In this document: piece by piece, positions 29,382 through 38,471 of the stretch
How positions within the stretch are numbered: position 1 is the first letter of the stretch
Layout: every line of letters starts with the position of its first letter
NCBI GenBank assembly: GCA_963799485.1
Contig: CAWCXJ010000008.1
Location: forward strand, 160,001 to 224,000
DNA: 64,000 nucleotides
DNA from: an uncultured Trueperaceae bacterium
Lineage (GTDB): Bacteria > Deinococcota > Deinococci > Deinococcales > Trueperaceae
Direction: 5' to 3'
Program-made: the position numbers and the translations under genes
The notes under the pieces: generated by a model
Databases searched by the model: none
Seen by the model: only the letters and a program-made list of their open reading frames with translations
What the model was told of the DNA's origin: nothing

Positions 29382-30463
29382 CAGCGCCGCCACGACAACC
29401 CGAACAAGACGAGCCCGGCCACCAGATAGAGCGCCACGGGTGCCCAGCCGCCGACGACCGCCGGAACCGCCCCCTGCGCGCCCAACAGGTTCGAGACGCT
29501 CGAGGTCGCGTAGTAGATGAAGGTCAAAAACAACACCGACACCAGCCCCAAACCGAAATTACGCCGGAAACTGTAAAGCCCGATGGCGAGCGCAAAGAGT
29601 GCAAAGGCGACCGCCGCGGCAGGTTCGGCAAATTTGCGGTGCAGCGCTGTCCACTCGGCGGGTGCGTCGGTGGGGTTGGTGCCGCGCAACCGGCTTAAGA
29701 GGTCGCTGAGGCGGAGCCTGGTGAGTTCGGGCGGCGTCCCGGAACTCGCCGACAGGCCGCGAAACGGTACGGTGGCACTTTCGGCGGGTGCGTCCAGCAC
29801 GACCCGCCCGTCGCGGTAACGGAGCAGCCGGATATTTTGCAACCGCCACACCCCCGCTTGCTGGTCTAAAACGCCGCGCCGGGCGCGGATGACCTCGCTC
29901 ACGCCCTGCGACCCGCTCGGCTGAATGACGGTGACGTCCTCGACTGCGCCGCCCGCACTGAGGCCGCCGACGTAGACGCTGCGCCCGAGCGCGTCGGTAA
30001 AAAAGCTGCCCTCTTCGACGATGACTTCGGGGCTCTGCACCAGGATGTCTGAGAGCGCCTCCTGCGCGCGGTCGTAACTCCACGGCGCGACGAGTTCGTT
30101 GTTGATAAAACTTACGGCGGCGACGCCTAGACCCAGCATCAGCATCGGCAGCAGGAATTGGCGGGGTGATACGCCCAAGAGGAGCGCCGCTTTAAGCTCG
30201 CTGTCTTGACTGAGCCGGGTGACGCCTAACAGGGCTGCGAAGAGGAGCGCGAGGGGCAAACCTACCGCCGCCGCCGACGGGATGCTGTAGAGCAGAAACT
30301 CGGCGACCAGACCCGGCCCGACGCCTCTGGAAATCGCCTGGGCCAGGACGCTGTTGCTGCCCACGACCAAAAAACTGCCGAGCAGCAAGATCAGGAGCGC
30401 CGTCAGACCCGCCGCGTAGAGCGGCAGGATTTCCCGGATGAGGTAGCGCGAAAACCGCCGCAC
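29381..30463 (-). CDS. LptF/LptG-family permease
   Basis: RRFSRYLIREI, RLSQDSELKAA, LHRKFAEP; start refined to GTG 30463. Confidence 0.9.
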   Translation of the reverse strand: MRRFSRYLIREILPLYAAGLTALLILLLGSFLVVGSNSVLAQAISRGVGPGLVAEFLLYSIPSAAAVGLPLALLFAALLGVTRLSQDSELKAALLLGVSPRQFLLPMLMLGLGVAAVSFINNELVAPWSYDRAQEALSDILVQSPEVIVEEGSFFTDALGRSVYVGGLSAGGAVEDVTVIQPSGSQGVSEVIRARRGVLDQQAGVWRLQNIRLLRYRDGRVVLDAPAESATVPFRGLSASSGTPPELTRLRLSDLLSRLRGTNPTDAPAEWTALHRKFAEPAAAVAFALFALAIGLYSFRRNFGLGLVSVLFLTFIYYATSSVSNLLGAQGAVPAVVGGWAPVALYLVAGLVLFGLSWRR

Positions 30464-31524
30464 TAGCGCAACCTCACGAACGCGAGCACTGCCCCGACCG
30501 CGCCGACGACCGCGCTCGTAAACCACGCCGCGACGACCGGCGACAACACGCCCTGTTCGAAAAAACTCTCAGACAGCGTCCAGAGGGCAAAAAAACATAC
30601 CAGCAGGACGATTGTCCAACCGAACCCGGCGGCGCGTCCGCGCAGCGTCAGGCCCAATGCTCCGGCGATGAGGACGAAGATCAGGGCGCTCGAGGCGTCT
30701 GCCAGTCGCCGGTGAAAATCGAACACGTCTCCTGCGATATTCTGTCCGGCCCCCCGCGCCCTGCCGATCCGGGCGTACAGCTCACCCAGGGTGAGGTTGT
30801 CGGCGGCCCGGAGCGACTCGCCCGCGTCGGCCTCGAGATCAAAAGGCAGCGTCACCGACGCGCGTTGCCGGGGCGCAGCACCCCCCGGCGGCAAGACCTC
30901 GACCTCTTCGAGTCGCCAGGTCTTGGCTACACTGTCCCAAAGGCCGTAACGGGCGCTCCAGACCGTCCCGTCGTCGCCGTAAACCAGTGCCCCCGTTAGT
31001 TCGGCTCGAGTCCGGTCGAACGCGTCGGCGCGAATCCGGGCCGCGTGAAAAATCCCGCTGGCCTGCCTAAACGACACGTCGCGCTGCGTTTCGGCGGACG
31101 GGCGCGCGTTGTAAAAAGACGCCTCGAGTACCCCTTGCGCGATTTCCCCACGGGGCTCTAAGTAGCCGTTATTCAAGACCGCCACAGCGCTTACGAGCAG
31201 CCCGAACAGGAGGAGCGGCCCGAGCAGCGAAAGCGGTGAAATGCCCGAGGCGTAGGCGGCTTTAAGTTCGGAGTCTTTGGCGAGCCTGCCGGTTGCCAGC
31301 AGCACCGCAAAGACGGCGGCAATCGGCAGCGAGAGGTGCAGGAAAAAGGGCAGCCGGTAGAGCATGAGTTTAAGAATTGTAAAAACCGACGCGTTCTGCT
31401 CGATTAAAAAGCTCGCCCAGACGGTCAGCGTATCGACCGACAAGAGCAGGCAAAAAGCCGCGACTCCCAACAGGTAGAGCCCGCTCGTTTCACGTAAGAG
31501 GTAGGTTGAAAAGCGTTTCGGCAC
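30463..31524 (-). CDS. LptF/LptG-family permease
   Basis: KRFSTYLLRE, RLAKDSELKAAYASGIS, FHRRLA. Confidence 0.9.
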   Translation of the reverse strand: MPKRFSTYLLRETSGLYLLGVAAFCLLLSVDTLTVWASFLIEQNASVFTILKLMLYRLPFFLHLSLPIAAVFAVLLATGRLAKDSELKAAYASGISPLSLLGPLLLFGLLVSAVAVLNNGYLEPRGEIAQGVLEASFYNARPSAETQRDVSFRQASGIFHAARIRADAFDRTRAELTGALVYGDDGTVWSARYGLWDSVAKTWRLEEVEVLPPGGAAPRQRASVTLPFDLEADAGESLRAADNLTLGELYARIGRARGAGQNIAGDVFDFHRRLADASSALIFVLIAGALGLTLRGRAAGFGWTIVLLVCFFALWTLSESFFEQGVLSPVVAAWFTSAVVGAVGAVLAFVRLR

Positions 31525-31725
31525 CGCCCGAGTCTACCAAAGGGAGCGTGAGAATCAGGGTGCAGCTGAGGTCTGGTCGGTTTCAAGCTGCTCTGGTTCG
31601 TTTTAGCGTGCCGGTTGCGTGCAACTCTTGTTTTGCCTGTTTTGCCGGGTTTCTGGCTGACCGTACCGCCTTTTAGCGTGAGCCGCAAAGTTCGGCGCTA
31701 AAAATCTTGGGCCTACCGACTGCTC

Positions 31726-31759
31726 GAGTAAACCAAGGTGATGAGTAAACTAAGGTGAT
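31726..31759 (+). repeat. 17-bp tandem duplication spanning the -10 and start codon of the nitrilase gene
   Basis: GAGTAAACCAAGGTGAT / GAGTAAACTAAGGTGAT (1 mismatch). Confidence 0.8.
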
Positions 31760-32744
31760 GAACGTTCACCTCATCGCGGTTCAGGCCCAGCTGCGGCTAT
31801 CCAACTACCGGAGCCCGGAGGCGTTTGCGGCGTGGGTCTTAGAGCTTTCAGAGCGGGCAGTCGCCGGTCTGGACGACGCGCCCAAACTGCTGGCGTTTCC
31901 CGAAACGGTCGGGTTGCCGCTTTTGTTGACGCTGGGGCGTTACGCCGACGTGTCGCGCCGTACACAGCTTACAGGCGCGGCGCTGAGCGGTTTACGGCAG
32001 GAGTGGCGGCGCGTGTTGCGGGCCGCTCTCAAACACCGGGCGGTGGGGCCGCAGGCGTTTTTTGTAGCGCGGGCGCTCCCGGCGTACCGGGCGTATGTTG
32101 CGGCGTTTTCCGGCGCGGCGCGGCGTACCGGGGCGACGCTTGTCGCGGGCTCGAGCTTTCTCCCGCATATCGAAAACGAGGCGGCGCGCGGACTGCACGT
32201 CGCCGATGGACGGGTGCAAAACGTGGCGTATACCTTCGGGCCGACGGGCACTTTGCTGGGGCGGAGCGGGAAACGTTACCTGACCGGGGGGCTCGAGTCG
32301 CGTCTCGGCTTGTCCCGCGCCCCGGCTGAGAGCCTGCGCGTCTTGCACACCCCGGCAGGGCGCGTCGGGGTAGCGCTCTGTTTAGACGGGTTTTACAGTT
32401 CGGTGTTGGAGACCTTCGACGGTCTAGGCGCGGACATCGTGGTGCAACCGAGCGCCAACTACGCCCCCTGGACGCGCCGCTGGCCCCCCGACGAAAGCTA
32501 TTCGGAGGGCGAGGCGTGGCTGAGTTTGGGTCTCCGGGCCGGGCTGAGAGGGCGGCAAACGATCCGTTACGGCGTCAATCCGATGCTGGTCGGCGGGATG
32601 TTCGAGCTGCGCGCCGAGGGGAGAACGAGCATCGTCGCCAATTCGCGCTACCTCGAGGCCGAAACAGAAGGCTACAGCGGCGTCGTGGCGCTCGCGCGGA
32701 GCTGTGACGCCGAAGAGGTTGTCAGGACGACCGTAGAACTTTAA
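31758..32744 (+). CDS. Nitrilase-related carbon-nitrogen hydrolase
   Basis: Glu-Lys-Cys triad: AFPE, SGKRYL, ALCLDGF. Confidence 0.85.
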   Translation: MNVHLIAVQAQLRLSNYRSPEAFAAWVLELSERAVAGLDDAPKLLAFPETVGLPLLLTLGRYADVSRRTQLTGAALSGLRQEWRRVLRAALKHRAVGPQAFFVARALPAYRAYVAAFSGAARRTGATLVAGSSFLPHIENEAARGLHVADGRVQNVAYTFGPTGTLLGRSGKRYLTGGLESRLGLSRAPAESLRVLHTPAGRVGVALCLDGFYSSVLETFDGLGADIVVQPSANYAPWTRRWPPDESYSEGEAWLSLGLRAGLRGRQTIRYGVNPMLVGGMFELRAEGRTSIVANSRYLEAETEGYSGVVALARSCDAEEVVRTTVEL

Positions 32745-32820
32745 CCCCAACCCTCGGGGCCGGTTTACGGCGTCTTCGGGCGGTACCGCAAGAACCCGCT
32801 ACGCCCGTTAAACTGATGAG

Positions 32821-34701
32821 ATGGTGTTGTCGGCCCTTTATGACGTGGAAAAGTTTTACGGCGAGCAGGTGGTGCTGGACGGCGTCACCTTGGAGCTGCG
32901 CGCTTCATCACGAACGGCCTTGATTGGGCGTAACGGGGCGGGAAAGTCAACAATTTTACGGCTTCTCTTAAACCAAGATGCGCCCGACGGCGGCAGCGTC
33001 TTTCGGCGCGACGGGGTGAGCGTCGCGATGTTGGCGCAAGACCCCATCATCCCCCCCGGGATAAGCATTTTGGAGCTTTCCGAAACGGCGTTTGCCGAGC
33101 TGGACGAACTCGAACTTGGGTTGCAGGGGCTCGAGCACGAAGGCTTGGACGACCCCGAGGTTTACGCCCGCTGGGAAGTTCTGCACGAAACCTTCGAGCG
33201 GCGCGGCGGCTTTGAACGGCGTTCACGTAGGGATTCGGTACTCTTTGCCCTCGGGTTTCGCGGGCGCGAACACGAGGTCGCCGGCCACCTCTCCGGCGGC
33301 GAAAAAACGCGCTTGGGGCTTGCGCGCCTGTTGATGGCGCAACCCGACGTACTGCTGATGGACGAACCGACGAACCACCTCGACATGGCGATGCGCGACT
33401 GGTTGGGCGGTTATTTGTCGCGCTATCCGGGCGGCGTGCTGCTCGTCTCGCACGACCGGGCGTTTCTGGATGAGACCTGCGACGCGACCGCCGAAATCTC
33501 ACAGGGGGCGCTCCGGACGATGAATACGACCCCGACGCGTTACCGCGAAGCGCGGGCCGAGCAGGAGCGGCTCGAGGCCGCCACCCGCGCCAATCAGCAA
33601 AAAGAGCACGAGCGCCTCGCCGCCGCCGCCACCCAGATGAAACGCTGGGCCGGTCAGAGCGAAAAACTCCACCGCCGCGCCAAGGCGATGGAGCGCCGCA
33701 CCGAACGTTACGCCGCCACGATGCTCCCCGACGCCGAGGCTGCCGAGCGCCGGACCCGCTTTACCTTTCCCTGCGACGACTCCGGCGAAATTGTCTTGCA
33801 GGCGCAGCATTTGAGTAAAAATTACGGCGGTGAACAGCTTTTTAACGACGTGGACTTCGTTTTACGGCAAGGCGAACGCGCCGCGCTCGTCGGGCCGAAC
33901 GGCGCAGGAAAATCGAGCTTTTTACGGGTCGTTTTGGGCGAAGCGCCGAGCGACGACCCGCGCGCGTTGTTGCGCTTCGGCTCCCGTGTCCGCGTCGGCT
34001 ACTACGACCAGGAACTGCGCGGCGTCGAACCGGACGCAACCCTGTTTGAAGAGTTGGTCCGGCTCGTCGGTGACGGGGCGGCGCACAATCTCTTGGGGCG
34101 TTTTTTGTTTCCCTATGACGCGCAGTTCAAGCTTGTGCGTAACCTTTCCGGCGGCGAACGGGCGCGCTTGGCGCTCCTTAAGCTCACCCTTGGCGAGTAC
34201 AACTTTCTGGTGCTGGACGAACCGACAAACCACTTGGACGTCGAGATGATCGAAGCGCTCGAGGCTGCCTTAGCCGCCTACACCGGCACGCTCTTGATCG
34301 TCTCGCACGACCGGCGCTTTATCGCCCAAACGACCGACCTCGTGTGGGAGCTGGATAGTGGGCATTTTACGGCGTATGAAGGCGACTGGAGCTTTTACGA
34401 GCGTAAACGCCGTGAGCGGAGTTCTGAAGCGCCCGAAGCCGAGTCGGTACAGGTCGAAACTCCCAGAGGCGAACCCAGAGGCCCCTCGAGATGGCAACTC
34501 GGGCGCGACCAGGAGGCGTTAGAGGCGCGGATTGCCGAACTCGAGGCTGAACTCGGCGCGTTGACGCAAAAGCTTACGGCTCCGCAAACGCTCAGCGCCG
34601 ACGCGCTTGTGGAGGTGAGTGAGCGGCACGGACAGCTCGAGGCCGAACTCCTAGACGCGATGGCCCGCTGGGAAGAGACGGCACAGAGGCTCGAGGTCTG
34701 A
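32821..34701 (+). CDS. ABC-F family ATPase (Uup-like, C-terminal coiled coil)
   Basis: Two ABC domains (GRNGAGKST, GPNGAGKSS, LSGGE, DEPTNHLD twice), no TM segments. Confidence 0.94.
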   Translation: MVLSALYDVEKFYGEQVVLDGVTLELRASSRTALIGRNGAGKSTILRLLLNQDAPDGGSVFRRDGVSVAMLAQDPIIPPGISILELSETAFAELDELELGLQGLEHEGLDDPEVYARWEVLHETFERRGGFERRSRRDSVLFALGFRGREHEVAGHLSGGEKTRLGLARLLMAQPDVLLMDEPTNHLDMAMRDWLGGYLSRYPGGVLLVSHDRAFLDETCDATAEISQGALRTMNTTPTRYREARAEQERLEAATRANQQKEHERLAAAATQMKRWAGQSEKLHRRAKAMERRTERYAATMLPDAEAAERRTRFTFPCDDSGEIVLQAQHLSKNYGGEQLFNDVDFVLRQGERAALVGPNGAGKSSFLRVVLGEAPSDDPRALLRFGSRVRVGYYDQELRGVEPDATLFEELVRLVGDGAAHNLLGRFLFPYDAQFKLVRNLSGGERARLALLKLTLGEYNFLVLDEPTNHLDVEMIEALEAALAAYTGTLLIVSHDRRFIAQTTDLVWELDSGHFTAYEGDWSFYERKRRERSSEAPEAESVQVETPRGEPRGPSRWQLGRDQEALEARIAELEAELGALTQKLTAPQTLSADALVEVSERHGQLEAELLDAMARWEETAQRLEV

Positions 34702-34855
34702 TTACAGCGGTGTCGAGGAGGTTTGACAAAGTACCGCGCGAACCCTGCCTTCAAATACGACCCGGCTGCCCCTGGCGCTTTGGACCGCACGCCTGTTTGG
34801 TTGCACGGTTGAAGACGTGTTTAATGAAGACGTATTTTGAGGGCGAGCAGGCGGG

Positions 34856-35296
34856 TTAAACCTCGAGTAAACGCTCGTCTAGACGTACATCGGCGTAGCT
34901 GCGCTCGCCCATGAGATACTTGAGCATACTCTCTTCGTTTTGCGGCAATATGACGCTGCGGCTGCCTAGATGACCCTCGAGCCGCCCTACCTCAAAGCGT
35001 CCCTGAAACACGTCGGTCATCCCCCGTGCGAAAAGCAGTTGCGGATTGAAAATACCCAGACAAACGAGCCGCCGCTCCGCGAAGGTGTGGAGCGTCAGGT
35101 GCGCTTCGGGCAGCGCCAAAGCGACCGAAACCCCGTCCGGAAACCAGTAGCTGACCCTGACCGGGTCGCCACTCACGGAACCGAGCGTGTTGAGAAGCCG
35201 GTAAGCCGTTTCGATAACCCAGCCCTCGTCGTGCAGGGGAGCCGACGCGCCGTAGCCGTCGACAATCATATGTGCGCCGTAGCCGAGCGAGTTCAC
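34856..35296 (-). CDS. S-adenosylmethionine decarboxylase (SpeD)-like protein lacking the self-cleavage serine
   Basis: GAHMIVDGYG, GVSVALALPEAHLTLHTFAE (canonical motif is ESH). Confidence 0.75.
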   Translation of the reverse strand: MNSLGYGAHMIVDGYGASAPLHDEGWVIETAYRLLNTLGSVSGDPVRVSYWFPDGVSVALALPEAHLTLHTFAERRLVCLGIFNPQLLFARGMTDVFQGRFEVGRLEGHLGSRSVILPQNEESMLKYLMGERSYADVRLDERLLEV

Positions 35297-35429
35297 CCGC
35301 GTAGCCTATCACGCACGGGTACGCCGCGAAATTAGACCGTAAAACCGTAAGCTGCACCCCGACCATGCAAAAACCCTCGCCATAATGCTGCAAAGAGGGT
35401 CGCTGAAGTAGTGTGGTTCGGCTTTAGCT

Positions 35430-35479
35430 GCTCGAGCCGTAGTCATGCAGTTATGTTGCGCGCCGGAAACGGCTCGAGC
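35430..35479. repeat. Inverted repeat GCTCGAGCCGT...ACGGCTCGAGC downstream of malG
   Basis: Perfect 11-bp arms with a 28-bp spacer. Confidence 0.65.
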
Positions 35480-35481
35480 GC

Positions 35482-36798
35482 CTAGCCCTTGACACCCCCG
35501 GCGGTGTACTGCCCGGTCAGCGCGTTTTGAAACGAGTAGAAAATAATCAGAATCGGCAAGCTACCCAGCACGGCGCTTGCCGCGAGTGTGCCCCACTGCG
35601 TCTGAAAGGCGTTGTTGGTAAACGCCCGGAGGCCGATCCCGACCGTCCATTTATCGTCGCCGGTCAGGAGGATGTTCGCCAAAATGAACTCGCTGTAGGT
35701 TCCGATAAACTGCAACAAGAAGATAAACAGCAGCATCGGTACGCTGATGGGCAGGATAATCCGCCAGAACGCGCCCCAGCGGGTCGTGCCGTCAACGAGC
35801 GCAGCTTCTTCTAGACTCGGACTGATCGACTCGAGATAGCCCTTAAAAATCCACGAGGCAAAGGCAATCGCCCCACCCGAATAAGCCAAAATCAGGCCCG
35901 CAAAGGTGTTTAACAGCCCCAGGTAGTTCATCAGGTAAAAAATCGCCACCAGCGCCATAAAACCGGGAAACATCTGCACGAAGATAAAACTCAGCAGGGT
36001 ACCGTAACGCCCCTCGAACTTCATCCGGGCAAAGGCGTACCCGGCGGTCGTGCTGATGAGTACGGCAAAAATCCCGGTCAGGCCCGAGACCAAGAGCGTA
36101 TTGCGGATAAAGAGCACGACTTTTTTCTCGCTGCTCGAGAGTACCCTTTCGCCCGCCTCGTTGACCGAAAAGAACTGGTTGTTGTTGATACTGACGACCA
36201 GCACCGCCGCGCTGCCGACGAGCGTCCAGATGGCAGCTGCTTTTATCCGCTCGGTAGCGGGCGTGTTAGGATTCGCATTGTTCGCTATAATTGCGCCGAT
36301 AAGGACAATCGCGGCAACGACCAGCAGACCGACGAGCAACCACTGGTACCAGAACAAGTTCGTCTCGCTCAGGACGTTCTGGTACTGCACCAGCGAGAAC
36401 TTCGAGGGGTCGGGCAAGATACCCGCGCGCACCAGCAGGTTGCCGGTTTGCGGCGGCGGCGTATTGAGGTTGTTGATGCGGTTGAACGAAACTGCCAAAA
36501 GGTTGATGACCGGATAGAGCGTCAAGAGAATAAACACCCAGATAAAGGTGTGACTCACTGCCGTCGTCGCGTAGGCGCTCGCCTTGTTGCGGCTGGTCGC
36601 GCGTCCGTAGAGATACGCGCCCAGGATAATCGCGGTGACGACGACGACAAAGCCGATGAGCAGTTTTAGCCAACCGTAAGGAATGACCAGAAAGCGGCTC
36701 CGGTCAATTTGCGCGAAAGCGACGCCAAGTGACAGCAGGCCGAGGCACGCCGCCGTGCGAAAAAGCTTCGTGTTCGTAAAGTCCAGATAGGCGTTCAT
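35482..36798 (-). CDS. malG: Maltose/maltodextrin ABC permease MalG (N-terminally extended)
   Basis: AGYAFARMKF, QMFPG, LEEAALVDG EAA loop, C-terminal GGVKG. Confidence 0.9.
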   Translation of the reverse strand: MNAYLDFTNTKLFRTAACLGLLSLGVAFAQIDRSRFLVIPYGWLKLLIGFVVVVTAIILGAYLYGRATSRNKASAYATTAVSHTFIWVFILLTLYPVINLLAVSFNRINNLNTPPPQTGNLLVRAGILPDPSKFSLVQYQNVLSETNLFWYQWLLVGLLVVAAIVLIGAIIANNANPNTPATERIKAAAIWTLVGSAAVLVVSINNNQFFSVNEAGERVLSSSEKKVVLFIRNTLLVSGLTGIFAVLISTTAGYAFARMKFEGRYGTLLSFIFVQMFPGFMALVAIFYLMNYLGLLNTFAGLILAYSGGAIAFASWIFKGYLESISPSLEEAALVDGTTRWGAFWRIILPISVPMLLFIFLLQFIGTYSEFILANILLTGDDKWTVGIGLRAFTNNAFQTQWGTLAASAVLGSLPILIIFYSFQNALTGQYTAGGVKG

Positions 36799-38399
36799 AC
36801 GTTCGATTCCTCCTTAAGCGCGCCCGTGACGCGGAAATTGATCAAGCTGATGGCGATGGTGATAAAGAAAATTAAGAGCGAAATTGCTGAACCCAAGCCG
36901 TAGGCGTACCCTCCGACCGCCTGAAACGCCTCGTTGTACGCCCACGAGATAAGGATGTCGGTACCGCGCGCCGTCGAGGTGCCGCCGTCGTAACCGGGGC
37001 CGCCGCCGGTCAGGAGGTAAATGAGGCCGAAGTTGTTGAAGTTAAAGGCGAACCCTGTCAGGGTAATCGGCACGAGGGCGGTGCGCAGGAGCGGTAACGT
37101 CACGCCCGTCACACGCCGCCAGACGTTCGCGCCGTCAATTTTGGCGGCTTCGTAGAGGTCTTCGGGGATCGCTGAAAGTGCGCCGAGGGTTGCGGTCATC
37201 ATAAAGGGCAGGCCGAGCCACAGGTTCACCAGCAAGATTGCGCCCCTCGCAGGCCACACGTCGCCGAGCCAGTCGAGGACGGGCAGGTCGAGGAGCGCCA
37301 GAATGCGGTTGACCGCGCCGAAGTTCGAGTTCAAAAAACCTTTCCACACCTGAATGGTGATGATGCTCGGCAGCGCCCACGGGATAATCAGCAGGGTGCG
37401 GTAGAGGTTACGAAACCTGAGGTTCGGGTTGTTCAGGAAAATTGCCAAAAATACGCCGAAGACGGTGTTGATAAGGACCGTTGACACGGCGAACAAGATG
37501 TTCCACAAGAATACCGGGCCGAGTGAACGGGTTGCCTGATTAAAGATAGTACGGAAGTTTTGCCAGCCGACGAAACCGAAGTCGTTGTAGCGCGTGATGG
37601 CGGCGTAGGTCTCACCTTGGGGCAGCGGTTCGTCAAGGGTGACGGTATTGCCGTCAACTGAAAGCATCGTCCGGCGGACGCCCGCACTCGGTACCGCGAC
37701 GCCGACGTTCTCTAGATTTACCGCGCCGGGCGGCGCACGTTCCAAGGTCAAGGTATTGCCGTCTACAGCGGTGACGTTAAACTCGGCGCTGAAACCGATG
37801 TCGGTCAGCTCGAGCGTCACCACCGAGGGCGTCGTGCCTTCGGGGAGCGGTTCGGCGAGGGTCAGGGTGGTGCCGTCAAGGGCGGTTGCCGCTACGCTCA
37901 AATTACCCGAAACATCGATGAGCGCCGGAACGTCTGTGCAGCCGTTCCTTAAGGCTTGACAGCGGAGCGTCGCAGCGTCGGCGACCTCTACCGTCGCCCC
38001 CTGGACACTCGCAATATCGGTGCGGCTACTGATATTGAGCTCACCGTTACGAATCCCCGCGTAGTCGGTAAACGCCAGAATAACCGTTAAGATAACCGGG
38101 AAAAGCGCGAAGGTCAGCAGAAACAAGATAGACGGCAGCAGGTAGTACCACGGCATAATCCATTCAAAGCGCCGGGCAATGACCTGAAGCGCGACAAGCA
38201 GTACGGCTAAACCGATCAGTACCCCGACGTAAAGCGGCACGTTTGGTACCACCTGCTGAACGAGCCAGGTACCGGCAAAGGCGGCGACGGCGGCGATGGT
38301 AATCGCAAGCAGCAGCAAGAGGAGCGCTTTCCACAGCCGTGCGCCCGTCCCGCCTGAACCTTTAGGCAAATGATCCGAAACCGGACGTGAAATGTCCAC
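36795..38399 (-). CDS. malF: Maltose/maltodextrin ABC permease MalF with large periplasmic insert
   Basis: FVGWQNF, LIIPWALP, LYEAAKIDGA, NFNNF, TDILISW. Confidence 0.9.
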   Translation of the reverse strand: MDISRPVSDHLPKGSGGTGARLWKALLLLLLAITIAAVAAFAGTWLVQQVVPNVPLYVGVLIGLAVLLVALQVIARRFEWIMPWYYLLPSILFLLTFALFPVILTVILAFTDYAGIRNGELNISSRTDIASVQGATVEVADAATLRCQALRNGCTDVPALIDVSGNLSVAATALDGTTLTLAEPLPEGTTPSVVTLELTDIGFSAEFNVTAVDGNTLTLERAPPGAVNLENVGVAVPSAGVRRTMLSVDGNTVTLDEPLPQGETYAAITRYNDFGFVGWQNFRTIFNQATRSLGPVFLWNILFAVSTVLINTVFGVFLAIFLNNPNLRFRNLYRTLLIIPWALPSIITIQVWKGFLNSNFGAVNRILALLDLPVLDWLGDVWPARGAILLVNLWLGLPFMMTATLGALSAIPEDLYEAAKIDGANVWRRVTGVTLPLLRTALVPITLTGFAFNFNNFGLIYLLTGGGPGYDGGTSTARGTDILISWAYNEAFQAVGGYAYGLGSAISLLIFFITIAISLINFRVTGALKEESNV

Positions 38400-38418
38400 G
38401 TATGACCCCTTTCAGAAC

Positions 38419-38458
38419 TAAAAAAGCCGCTAGGTCGTGTTTCCCTAGCAGCTTTTTC
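38419..38458 (-). terminator. Intra-operon stem-loop/terminator between malE and malF
   Basis: AAAAAAGCCGCTAGG...CCTAGCAGCTTTTT. Confidence 0.65.
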
Positions 38459-38471
38459 TTTAAGTATTGCC

